A DNA stretch of 64,000 nt from the NCBI RefSeq assembly GCF_006345805.1, contig NC_043003.1, positions 50,716,001 to 50,780,000 on the forward strand. The letters are read 5' to 3'. Each line of letters opens with the position of its first letter. Position 1 is the first letter of the stretch. Positions 51,961-64,000 of this stretch are shown here, piece by piece. The stretch comes from Octopus sinensis. Its lineage: Eukaryota. The position numbers and the translations under genes are program-made. The notes under the pieces are model-generated. The model ran no database searches. It was not told the DNA's origin and was given only the letters and a program-made list of their open reading frames with translations.

Positions 51961-54643
51961 TTTAAATCACGATAGATATCGGGTTAATAAAATTTGAAAT
52001 TGTAAAATTTTGCGTTTCAAAATTCGTTGGATTACGAAAATTAATCCTTTGCATAAACTAAAGAAAGTTTTAAAATGATCAAATCTAACAGATGCATTAA
52101 ATAGGTGACGAGTAATTTCTAGAGGAAAGAAGCATAAAACTGGACATTTTAACAGCAGCATTCATAATGTTTATAGATACGTACTAAAAAGGCAAGGTCC
52201 TAGATATCAATTATGTTTACATGTGAATTTTTTCCGGTTTGATGTGATTAAAATAATCTATTCCAGAATGCCCTGAGCCATAACGACGGATGTTTTGAGA
52301 CATTTTAAAATTTCAAACAGTGGTTTATATGAAGATTGAAAAGTTCGCAGTGTGAAATATTTTGATAATTATCAATTCTGATTGGTGAGCCAAAAGAGGT
52401 TAGTTCCGACATATCCCAGGGCCGTGAAAATTAGAATTTCTCTGAAATTCTGAGATATCTTGTGTTGAAAATTTATAAAATTTACATACTTCCGCTGTAT
52501 TGAAAGTTGAGAATATTTACACATCAAAGAACTTGATAATTATAATTTCTAGTAGAAGTTCTATGGTCAAAATTATCGATTCTGATATATTTGATGTCAG
52601 GAAAATTACAAATTCTGAAAACTTCTGACGAATTTGCTGTAACGAAATATTTTCAACTCCGACACATCCGGAGCCAACAATACGACAAAACTGTCACATA
52701 TCATATCAAAGATGAAAATTAATCTTTTTAACATATGTACAGTAACTGCAATCAATTTATGCTTATGCAGCTACTAAAATCCTACCAAATAGTTATCATG
52801 AATATTTACAAATTATCGTGAGTATAGTGTTGTCAGAGAAGTATAGCCGAATGTTCGTTTCACAACCACAAAGGCCATGATTTAATCCCACTGCTTAATA
52901 TCTAGGGTAAATGTCAGTTTTTTTATAGCCTCGGATTGATTCCTTTTCTATGAGTGAAATTTGGTTGACGGAAACTGCAGAGAAACTCGTCTGTAATTCG
53001 AACTTACAGCTTTGCCGCATACTGTGTCGCGCTGACCCTGCATGAGAATACATCTAAGAGTGCACGTGTGCAACGAATGTTCAGTGAGTTGTATTTTAAT
53101 CCAGGAGCAAGTAAATTCAGTTGATCGAATAACTGAATCCACATCGTCAATTGACGGAGGTCCACTTCTACCAGTATTGAAAAAAGACTGAAAAGTGTTG
53201 ACTCGTCACGATTATCCATATCAAAAGATGAGAAATTTATTAAAATGATTGACTGTGACTGAACTCAAACCATGTAAACCAAAAAGAAAAAAATATATAT
53301 ACGTTCATGAGAATTAAATATTCTATTAAGATCTGATTAATAGGCATTGAAAATTTTGGAATATTATGAGATTCGAAATTGCCCAATTCTAACAAGGCAC
53401 AAAAAATATGATTTATTGAAATGCACTTGAAAAGAAATAAGCGAAATGAATTACTAGCTAATTCTAGTAATAAAAATTTAGAATTTTACACAGATGTGGA
53501 GTTCCTAAAACTTCCACATTTCTTTGTATGAAAGAGCATTAGAATTATCAATTATCTCATGTGTAAACTGATGAATTTCGGGATTAATTCTTAGTCGTAC
53601 TCATGGAAACATGAAAATTATATATCAGCGCCGTATCATTAATTTACACATTACAACATGTCTATATCCATATAAAGAAGAACGATAAAATTATAGTTTC
53701 TAATAGACGGTAAATAATGAAATTCATCAATTTTGATAGACCGGTTTCGTGAGAAGTGTCGTTTCTTGCACATATGACCTTCTGGAAGATTTTGAAATTT
53801 CGAAATGTGAGATGAGATGTGATGAATATTAGCGATTTTGTAATTATGAGAACCTATATATCAAGATACGTCCAAGTCATTAAAGTTAATAAAAAACATG
53901 GGGCAGATACAAATAATTCTGAAAGTCATGATCTTCTCCCCTCGCTCTCACTCTCTCCCCCTCTTTCTATTTTTCTCTCACTGTCTGTGTACACAGACAT
54001 TTAAACACACATACATACATTCACATACATGCGGAAATTGTATTGGCATCGGAGAAATTTACGAAGGTTGGAGCACTTGCTCAAAAGAAATGAATTGTGA
54101 GAACTAAATCTTATAAACCCCGCAGTGAAATCTTCCTTGCCAATGGTTATTATCCTAAACTGAGTTACCTCCTTTACACTGATTTGTCCAGCTATGTCCC
54201 CATTGTTCACTCATTGAAGAAGTCTTTCGCAGACACAATACTTTATGCCCTTCATTTACGAAATTTTAAACATATGAGTATTTCTTCTGGATATGAAAGT
54301 TTAAGAAAAACTAAACATATATTCAGACGCTGATTATATTTATTTGCTTGGCAGAAACTACGCAGGTAGTTTGGACTACTACCTAAAGCGATGACTGCAT
54401 CTGAATAAGCTCACGTACATATATTTAGTTAGCGTACATTTAGACTCGATGTGTGAACAGACACTATATGAATTAATAAGAACGAAGTGGAAACATGCTG
54501 TCTGTGTATTTTACTTTACTTATTAATGCACACTGTCAGTGAATGTATTGACATATGAATAAGTAATATGGTGACTGTTATTCGTTTCAGTATTGGTAAA
54601 AATAAAAGCAAAATACTTGATCTTCCCCACTCTCTTTCTCTCT

Positions 54644-54692
<49 letters not shown>

Positions 54693-54705
54693 ATTTCATG
54701 ATTAG

Positions 54706-54750
54706 ACACTTGATGAGACGATAATAACTCGTCGAGACTAGTCAAACTGT
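54706..54750 (+). ncRNA. degenerate hammerhead-like motif
   Basis: TTGATGA-GACGA(TAATAAC)TCGTC-GAGA-CTAG-TC. Helix II is a perfect 5-bp stem and ACTAGT is palindromic, but the core has mismatches and helix I is not intact. Confidence 0.3.
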
Positions 54751-55117
54751 TTTGCTATTCGGCTTGAAGAGAAACCTGTGGTTTAATCACAAGATTTGTT
54801 TACACAGAGATGCTAAGTAATTGCGTTGTGAACATAAGTATATGAAATTATTTACAATATATTTCTCTCTGTATCTATGTCCTTTTTTAGTGTATTTTGA
54901 ATTTTGTGTGCGTATGTGTTCTTAATTTTGTATATGTATTTTTACTTCTCCACTGCTGCTCTCATGTTCCCGTTTTTTACACCTTTTCAAGAACCTGAAG
55001 AGGTATCAGAGAAGAAGAAACTCGGAGAAGCATCGTAGTGAAGATTTCGTTTCAGATAAATGAATAAAACTCTCACACAAAAGTTGTTCCATTCAAACAC
55101 ACACACACACACACATA

Positions 55118-56800
55118 AAGGAAGAGTGGATTAAGGTTAGAAACCGGTTCTTTCTCTATTGGCAAGAAAGTTTGAAATAAACTGATTAATGACATACATA
55201 CATACATACATACATAAACAATGACGTAGACCGTCTCTACCTAAAACGATAACAAGGCGGCAGAGGCTTAACATCGACCTAAATTGTCTTTGAATGTCAC
55301 ATCATATCCCTTCAGCAACATCTTTTAACCACCAAGTGTCGACATGTATCTCTTGACCAAGTTTGCATACATCAGGTTGATAACATCATAAGACTTGGAA
55401 GTCAGCGCCTTGAGCAATACTAGAATATATGCCCAAAGAACCTAGAATACATGCCCAAAGAAGTTGCACGACTCTACTGCAACATATCAGCAGATGGAAA
55501 GATGAGCCTATATGAGCAGAAGACTATCCGTGATGATAGTAACATCGATCATCAAAGCAATTTTGTCATGGATGAATAACCGGATTACTACCTCCAACTT
55601 TGAAGGCTATGCATTTGCAATCCAGGAACAGGAAATATCAACCAAGTACCTGATACACAAAAGGTATAGAGATGTAGGAAATTCCGTAAAATGTGACAAC
55701 CGATGCAGGCTTTGTGGAATTCACACTGAAGATATCACCCACATCATAAGCAATTGTCCGATAATGTCATCACGGTATTATCTACCAGTGAGATATGATG
55801 TTGTAACTAGGACATCCTATAATGAAATCCCTTGAAAGGATAATCCCAAGGACAAAGAAATATGACCCCACAACACGTTTGAAGCCATAGCTACTCATAA
55901 TAAAAAGGAATAGTGATGGAATGTACCAGTGAAGACCTCAATAAAATGCAAGAACAACAGACCAGATATAGTGAATTGGGATACAGAAGAGAAATTGTGC
56001 ACAGTTGTGTAAATTAGCTACCCAGCGGATGTTAACATGAAGCTGAAAATCACAGTAAGAGAGAATACCTACGCTGAACTATTGAGAAATTAGGCTTCTT
56101 AAAACCAGAAAGAAGAAAGCTAATTCGAAGGCTACAGATCCAAACCATCACTACTTTCCAGAAGTTTATCATTTAAATATACATGACCATGTCTAGATAT
56201 GCAACTATATGCATGAGAATACATACATAAAACATACAAATCTACACATATATACATACATGCATATGTATGGTGGAAATCATAGCCACTTATAATAAAA
56301 AGGCCTACAGGTGGAACGTCCCAGTGAAGACCTCAATAAAATGTAAACACAATTGACCTCATATAATGATTTGGGACAGAGAAGAGAAATCAACAGTTAA
56401 TCTATCCAGATTACAAGTTCAGGTTTATACCTGTAATTAGTGGCGCTCTAGGGTATGCAACACACTACCTAAATACCAATCTTGAGAAATTAGACCTCTC
56501 AAGACCAAAAAGGAATAAGCTGATTCAACGACTACATATCGAATCCATCACTGGAACTGAAAAATCTGTAAAACTCTTCAGAAGTTTATCATTTAAAATA
56601 TATATGAGCATGTCTACACATGCACCTATATACATGAGAATACATACATAAAACAAAGCATACAAATCTGCACGTATACAAACATACATACAAAAATATG
56701 TTGTTGATGTTGAAATTCACGTGAAGGATCATTGGCTCTAGGTTTGAAACGGGCTCTTTCTTTATTGGCAAGAAATTTTGAAATAAATTTGAATAATGAT
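55118..56800 (+). mobile_element. chain of R4/Dong-like copies: 3' tip (55118..55193), copy (55217..~56268), copy (~56270..56800)
   Basis: ORF 55512..55835 has FEGYAFAIQEQEI and CRLCGIHTEDITHIISNCP. The same UTR end GAAATAAA.TGA.TAATGA(C/T) is followed by (CATA)n at 55193 and 56800. Confidence 0.88.
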
Positions 56801-56878
56801 ATACATACATGCATGCATGCGTGCATACATACATACATACATACATACATACATACATACATACATACATACATACAT

Positions 56879-58330
56879 AACAGAAGAACGTCAAAATTTG
56901 TGAACGCCTTACAAGTGATTTAGGGTGATATGTTTCAACGACCTTAATTTGAATGACAAGCCATATAATACCAGTATAAGCAAAGGACCCAGTAAATTAG
57001 AATCAGAGGCAGTAAACGAAACAGCAATCGAATATCTGACGACCACACAGTCCAGAAGTATAAAAACAACATACAAAACCATTTATCTTTTGATGTTCGT
57101 CTCAAATATTACTTTACTAGTGCATCGTAAAGAGGTAGAGCAGAAATCCTGAACCAGCATGGGTATGTAACTCAAAGAAGAAAATTTTATTCATGCGAAA
57201 AAGTACCTCACAGGTCATTGTATCTATGAAATGTAACACTGAGAAAACTTCACACGACATCAGAAAGACCTCAGAAAAAAAAAATAGAGAGGCATTTTGG
57301 TAATGCAGGATTCAAAAACCTAAACTTCAAACAGCGCCAGTTGAAGCAACTCACAACTACTGCAGTAAAACTAAAATATAAATGTACAACATATAAGCGA
57401 CAAATGCTCGACAAATTATTTGCCAAAGATCCCAAGTCAGTTTATCGCAGCTTTAATCTCTGTAAAAGACATCCTCGCATATAAGGGGATGCTGGAAGGC
57501 ATGGTTGAAGCCCAAATTTCGTTGTTCTTTGACAGGGCTTAGAAAGATTGAAGGACCGCTGCAATAAATGCGTAAATCTGAGAAAAGAATACGTTGGATA
57601 AAATCATAATAAACTGATCCTCTTGTATTTTCTGTTACCCAAAGCCAGGAACTTTTCAGTACCTCTTCGTAAGATCAGTTTGAGGTATACTGAAGATCTG
57701 TATGGGAAACAAATGATGAATTCAATGAACAAGCTGTATAGCTAAAATAACTGGAGCAAGGTTACTACCAGCATGTCAAGCAAAAGAGTAGAAAAAGAGT
57801 AATATGAATTAGATGGCGAAATACTGGAAACACTTCCACAGAAAATGTTAAATAGAAAATTCCCAAGCTCTGACCTTTAATCGGTGAGATCTCAAACGAC
57901 TTCATGGAGAAATTATCAATGATACACAAGAACTTCCCCAATAGTTACCAACTAAAACTAATCTCCTTGTCACCCAAAATAGCCAAGCCACCATTGCTAA
58001 AAAATTACCGCTCAATAGACTGTCATAACATCATGTACAAATTATGCACCGAGCGCCTCAATCTGTTCTTGCAGGATCATGGTTCCACCAATATTATAGC
58101 ATCTGAGCATGCTGGTGGAAAGAAGGAGTTCTGGAATGTATGCAACAGCTACTAATTAACAAAATGTTCCAGGAAGAAATAGAAAAAAGCCGCATGAACT
58201 TAACCGTAGTATAGCTGGACAACTAGAATGCTTTTCATAGTATCCCACTTGAGTAGATTGTCAAGATTTTAAAGTTAACCAAAGTCCCACAAATACTAAT
58301 GAGTGCGATTTCACGCCTGATAAGACTTGG
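56879..58330 (+). mobile_element. R4/Dong-like reverse transcriptase relic starting right after (CATA)n
   Basis: ORF 57904..58155 has KNYRSIDCHNIMYKL and EHAGGKKEFW (RT domains 1-2 of the R4 type). Upstream reads KLFAKDPKSVYRSF. Heavily decayed. Confidence 0.7.
57480..57671. mobile_element. mariner-derived MITE nested in the RT relic
   Basis: Homologous to 59213..59415 (CAGGGCTTAG.AAA...AAAATCATAAT...TTACCCAAA.CCAG..A.TTTTCAG.ACC). Confidence 0.7.
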
Positions 58331-58765
58331 TGCATCAATTTATTGTAAAAAGGAACAAACTGAGTCGGATTTCTGCAGATGTTCTTTATGTAAGTGTTAT
58401 TTATGTTCACCATTGTTCAGTGAATGTACGTGCTATAACTCGTTTTTTATATGTAGTTATTGCATTTCATACCAATTCCTATGATGTATGTTCTAGTTCT
58501 TCATTCATTGATATTAACTACCATTCACTAGCAAAATGTATCTTTCACAATTTTGCTACCGAGTTGGTGGCTTGTCAGAATTTATTCTGAATTAAAAAGA
58601 GGAAGAGAAAATACATACATGCATGCATACATACATACATACATACATACATACATACATACATACATACATACATAAATACATGCATACATACATTTGT
58701 GTGTGCGTGTATGGTATGTATGTATGTATGTATGTATGTATGTATGTATGTATGTATGTATTATG

Positions 58766-58797
<32 letters not shown>

Positions 58798-59212
58798 ATG
58801 TATTTATGCATGCATATATGAAGATAAATTGGCAGTGTTAGAAATTCGCACAGAATGTCTTCAGTTATTTTTTCCGACTCTGTTCGATGAGTTCAAATTC
58901 TATCAACATCTACTTTGCCCTTTATTTTTCCCGTGGTCGATAAAAAGCAATAAATAATTTAGGAACTGGGGAAATTTTAAGAAACTTCCGCTATATGCTC
59001 TGGCTATCTGCCTTATGAGTTCCAATTTCCAACTTACTGGTTATTGGGAAGCGTTGGTATTGAATCCAATGCAGAAATAAGGAGAGATGACTTATGAAAC
59101 TCTAACGGACTTAGAAAATACTAGGGTTTAAAAGAACCCTTTGCATCTAAACTTTAACTAGAGGAAGAGAAAAATACTAATATGCACACTCACACACATG
59201 CGCGCATACATA

Positions 59213-59415
59213 CAAGGGGGTACTAAAAACTCCTGGCTTTAAAGCCATCGCGAAATGCCTGGCTGGAGGCCAAACCTTCCCAGTTCTTTTACAGGGCTTA
59301 GGAAAACAAGCGTGTGAACCTGAGAGATAAAAGGAGAATATTTTGAATAAAATCATAATTGATTCTCCTATATTTTCTTTTACCCAAATCCAGCAAGTTT
59401 TCAGCACCCCGTCGT
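59213..59415. mobile_element. ~200-bp mariner-derived MITE
   Basis: Imperfect TIRs TACAAGGGGGTACTAAAAACTCCTGG and CCAGCAAGTTTTCAGCACCCCGTCGTG. Confidence 0.7.
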
Positions 59416-60223
59416 GCATGACATAGTTTCCCTCTACCAGGTTCCATTCACGGACGTTGAAGAACTCGAAGCTGCAATAGAGCATACTTATCCAAAACGC
59501 TGTTTAGTGGAATTGAACAGCTTAACAGATATGCCTAAGTTTGTAAAGTGCTTACAATATATTGCTCATTATTCTTTGTTTCGTCGATTAAATATGCATT
59601 TTAATGTGTAAATATCGATATAATCTGATATTTCATGCAGCGGTTTAATTTACAGCTTTACATTTCAGTCGTTTGATCTTTTTATGCTTGTGTGTGAAAT
59701 GCAAATATAATTTCAAAAGAGAGAAATAATAAAAGTATAAAAACGTTTTTTTCTATGGAAGTGTTATTTATGTTCAACATTGTACTGTGAATATACGTGT
59801 TATAACTCGCTTTTTATATGTAATTAATGCATTTCACGTCAATTTCTATGATGTCTGTCCAAACTCTTCAATCATTGATATTAACTACTCATTCTGTTAA
59901 AGTCTATGTCAATGGGAAATAAACCTAAACAGCGAATGACGTAATACAAAGTCGTGTACGATGTAAACCTCATCAATGTGCAACGTAATTTCGGAACGAG
60001 TATCACAAGATCGGCTCTTTGAACAGCAGGTATATTTCATCTGAAGAGTTTTCGCATAACTTTCTTTATACCAAATTATGGTTTATAGGTAGAACCGAGG
60101 TTGTAGTAGAAGATAATTACTCAAGGTGCTGTGTACTGACGTTAAACCCTCAACTATATTCAAGCGAATCGTACTTCCAAACCAAACGGCACAGCCACTT
60201 CGCCTTATTAAAATATTACTATA

Positions 60224-60264
<41 letters not shown>

Positions 60265-60605
60265 GTGACACCCTCAGACATACATACACACATAATATTT
60301 CGCTTAGGTGTAGCGATACTGCTAACCGGGATTTCGAAGTCAATATATTTATGCTTCAGACAAAAGCCTTTTGTCGAGTACAGAGCGTAATAGATGATAA
60401 ACTAACAAAGGAACAATCAATTATGTAATGAACGACATTAAGCATGGCAGAAACACCTGTAAGCAAATCCATGGTTTCTTTGTCCTTTATATAATCTCTT
60501 GTGTGTGTGTCTGTGCGCGTGTGTGTGTGTATTCATATATATATATGTATATATATCACCGTGATTACCGTGACCAATCAGGCTATATTGCTTCAAATGA
60601 CGCCA

Positions 60606-61094
60606 CGGAGATTGCCGGAGTTTGCCGGAGATTACCGGCAATCTCCGGCAAACTCCGGCAATCTCTGGCAAACACCGGCAATCCCCAGCAAATTCTGCCA
60701 GTTTCCGGCAAGCTCCGCCAATCTCACACTATCTCCGCCTATCTCACTACATCTCCGCCTATATCCGCCTATCTCACTCTATCTCTGCCTATCTCCGACT
60801 ATCTCGCTCTATCTCCGCCTATCACACTCTATCATTCTCTCTCCAAGGTGTTTTAACACCCAGCATTATTGGGAAATCTCCCTAAATGCTATTCCGCCTA
60901 TCTCCGCCAATCTCCTCCAATCTCCCCTAATCTCCGCCAGTCTCCGCCTATCTTCGCCTCTCTCTGCCTATCTCACTCTATCTCACTCTATCTCCGCCAT
61001 TTCCGCGTATCTCACTCCATCTCCGCCTATCTCCGCCAATCTCCGCCTATCTCCGCCTATCTCCGCCAAACTCCGCCAAACTCCGCCAATCTCA

Positions 61095-61095
<1 letters not shown>
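60606..61095. repeat. 62-bp palindrome followed by a GC-rich 10-bp minisatellite (ATCTCCGCCW)n
   Basis: Directly visible. It explains the SPPI/SAYL repeat ORFs. Confidence 0.9.
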
Positions 61096-61143
<48 letters not shown>

Positions 61144-61176
61144 TATATACATATATATATGTATATGTGTACATAT

Positions 61177-61250
<74 letters not shown>

Positions 61251-62271
61251 CGAATGTATGTATGCATGTATCTATGTATGTATGTAATGTATGTATGTAT
61301 GTATAGATAGATGGATAGATAGATAGATAGATACATACATACATACATTCATACATACATGCATACATACATACACACGCACATGCGCACATGCATATAC
61401 ATACACCATACAAAAAAATACTACATATAAATGATGCCAACACGCTTTCTAAAAAATCTTTTCTCCTCTTTCGTTTCGGGTGAGGGTGGTGGGTAATACT
61501 AGAGGAAGATGGAGAAGGTGAAAAGGGCATTTGTCTTGGAGGTTAGTCTACAGCAACAAAAACTATATACATTTACTTTTAAACAAGAAACTGCTGGAGG
61601 GTGTCATGTAAGATTTCTGAGTGAAAACCTAGGTTTTAATCTTCAATCAGAACCAGCCAAACAGGAAATGGAGCGGACTGGAATGTCGAAGTGTAAATAT
61701 ATGTTCATCTTCTTTAAAAGTTAAACTTGATGCTTCCAGCTATGGTAGACATTCGAGTAGTTTATTTATACAAATATCTCAGTATATATTGCAAGTATAA
61801 CCCATTTGTGTATGCATGTATACATGTATGTTTGTATATAGCTAGGTAAGAGAGTGTGTAGGTACTTAAGTATATATATATATAATATATATTATATATA
61901 TATATATATTATATATATATATGTATATATACATATATACACACACATATATATATATATATATATAAATAAATATATATATATGTATATATACATATAT
62001 ATATGTATGTATGTATGTATGTATGCATGTATGAATGTATGTATTGATGGATGTATGTATATATAAATAAATACATATATGTGTGTGTAGGTACTTGATA
62101 TAGCAACTCAATGTGAATACGTATTTTATCTTTAAACTGTGATAGTATATAATTGCATCTACTTATATACACACATATACTTTACATATGGATATATGTA
62201 TATGTACGCATGTATATATATATGTGTGTGTGTATACATATATATACATATATATGTATGTATATACATAC

Positions 62272-62308
<37 letters not shown>

Positions 62309-62361
62309 TATATGTACATATTTATGTATGTATATATATACATACATATATATAATATATA

Positions 62362-62395
<34 letters not shown>

Positions 62396-62880
62396 TAATC
62401 AGTATTATCTACGCTTAAAGGTATCAACGTAACTAGCCTCTCAAGGAAAGTTGAACATTTCAACTACATGGACGTCTTTCGAATCTTCTGTACCACAGTT
62501 TCACTTCTTGCGGTATCGGTTTATTAAGTAAATGCCTGTTATTTAAATTGCAAGCATCAGTTTCAGTTACTTATTTCTGAAGTTGTTACTAAGGCTCAAA
62601 TTCTTACGGAGTTCTATTGACGCTTATATGAATTTAAGGAGGGTGAATGCCAAAGTAAACTTCAGCTTCATTTAAACTCAGAACGTGAAGGGCCTTTGTA
62701 TCACAAAAAAACATTTTAATGGTGATATACCAATGCTGACGATAATTCGCCGTATAGTTCCAAGCCTGACATTGATCGTCTTATCTTTGCTCAGAGCGGT
62801 TTTAGTAATATAACATTCTCAATGTCTAGTTATTTATAGCACTTATTTAGGTGGTACAGGGAATATATATATACACATAC

Positions 62881-62989
<109 letters not shown>

Positions 62990-63018
62990 GCAGACAGACA
63001 GACTGACTGACTGACTGC

Positions 63019-63094
<76 letters not shown>

Positions 63095-63095
<1 letters not shown>

Positions 63096-63342
63096 TTTCA
63101 TCTGCTCACGTGATCGTCCAGACTATCGGTTGCAATGTGCTTTGGATCAGTTTACCTTTTGAATAATGGTTCGGCGAGCAGACCAACAACCATCCTAATA
63201 GGAAGGCTAGTATGTCACGAGTTTATACTCGTTTAGAGCTGAGAGGACTAGAGCAACGTGGAATTAAATGTCTTGCTCAAGGACACAACGCGCAGCCGCT
63301 CTGGAAATCGAAACATACACATAACCATTAAGACATGCGCCT
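63095..63342 (-). mobile_element. tRNA-derived SINE
   Basis: The reverse strand has a GGCGCATGTCTTAATGGTTA head, GTTTCGATTTCC and GTGTCCTTGAGCAAGACATTT. Confidence 0.65.
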
Positions 63343-63362
63343 TCATATATATATATATATGA

Positions 63363-63407
<45 letters not shown>

Positions 63408-63524
63408 GGTGTGTGTGTGTGTATTCATTACAGATATAGGATGAAATATAATTAATTTAATAAAATCAACAAATTTCACCTAGTAGTATTTCGGTATGGA
63501 AAAGGACCATATTCGGTAAAAATT

Positions 63525-63738
63525 TATATAATTATAATAATAAGGGGTTTTTGCAACAAGCTGCTTAAACCACATACCGAAAATATTAGAAATAGCAGCC
63601 AAAAACTACTATTTCTTTTAACATGTTGTCTGTGGAGACTTATTTTTGTAGTAAAAGAAATAGTAGTTTTTTGACTGCTATTTCTAATATTTTCGGTATG
63701 TGCTTTAAGCAACTTGTTGCAAAAAACCCTTATTATTA

Positions 63739-63748
<10 letters not shown>
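63525..63748. mobile_element. foldback/MITE-like element with ~95-bp inverted arms
   Basis: 63525..63620 pairs with 63651..63748 with few mismatches, leaving a ~30-bp loop. The ends are TA-rich. Confidence 0.8.
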
Positions 63749-63786
<38 letters not shown>

Positions 63787-64000
63787 GACTATGCTTGCAC
63801 TGACGAGTAAAAGGGGCATTTTGTGCACTAATTATGAAATCATATGATCTGCAGCTGAGTCTGTTTTTAGGAGGCTCGCTTCGAGAGTTGCATTCCCTCG
63901 CGTTCGGTACAATGTGGTTATTATGGTAGTCTTGATTTTAAGAGTCCCTCCTAGCGTGAGGCATTTATGTATAGAAATGCCCTTAATATATATATATAAG

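Noticed and set aside
52624-52655. CTGACGA...GAAA hammerhead candidate
   Set aside because: The intervening sequence cannot form helix II.
60720-61095. CRISPR-like array or repeat-protein gene (ORF 60501..61310)
   Set aside because: It has 10-bp contiguous units without unique spacers and no cas genes. The ORF is a by-product of the minisatellite.

Overview
AT-rich eukaryotic intergenic or intronic DNA that is dominated by repeats. The microsatellite load and SINE types suggest a cephalopod (Octopus-like) genome, but that assignment is inference. I can support no intact host protein-coding gene, rRNA, tRNA gene or CRISPR array. Most ORFs in the track are microsatellite read-throughs. The identifiable content is: decayed Tc1 and mariner transposons and MITEs; a Chapaev-like transposase relic; RTE-type LINE 3' fragments; several tRNA-derived SINE families; Penelope-like termini with minimal hammerhead-ribozyme-like motifs; and multiple R4/Dong-like restriction-like-endonuclease retrotransposon copies that sit specifically in (CATA)n or (TAA)n microsatellites. 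The most notable structures are those microsatellite-embedded retroelement chains, a ~220 bp near-perfect inverted duplication of a coding-like ORF (50.3-50.9 kb), a ~220 bp foldback element (63.5-63.7 kb), a palindrome plus decamer array (60.6-61.1 kb) and an inverted pair of RTE tails (11.4-12.6 kb). Coordinates were read by eye, and element edges may be off by some bases.
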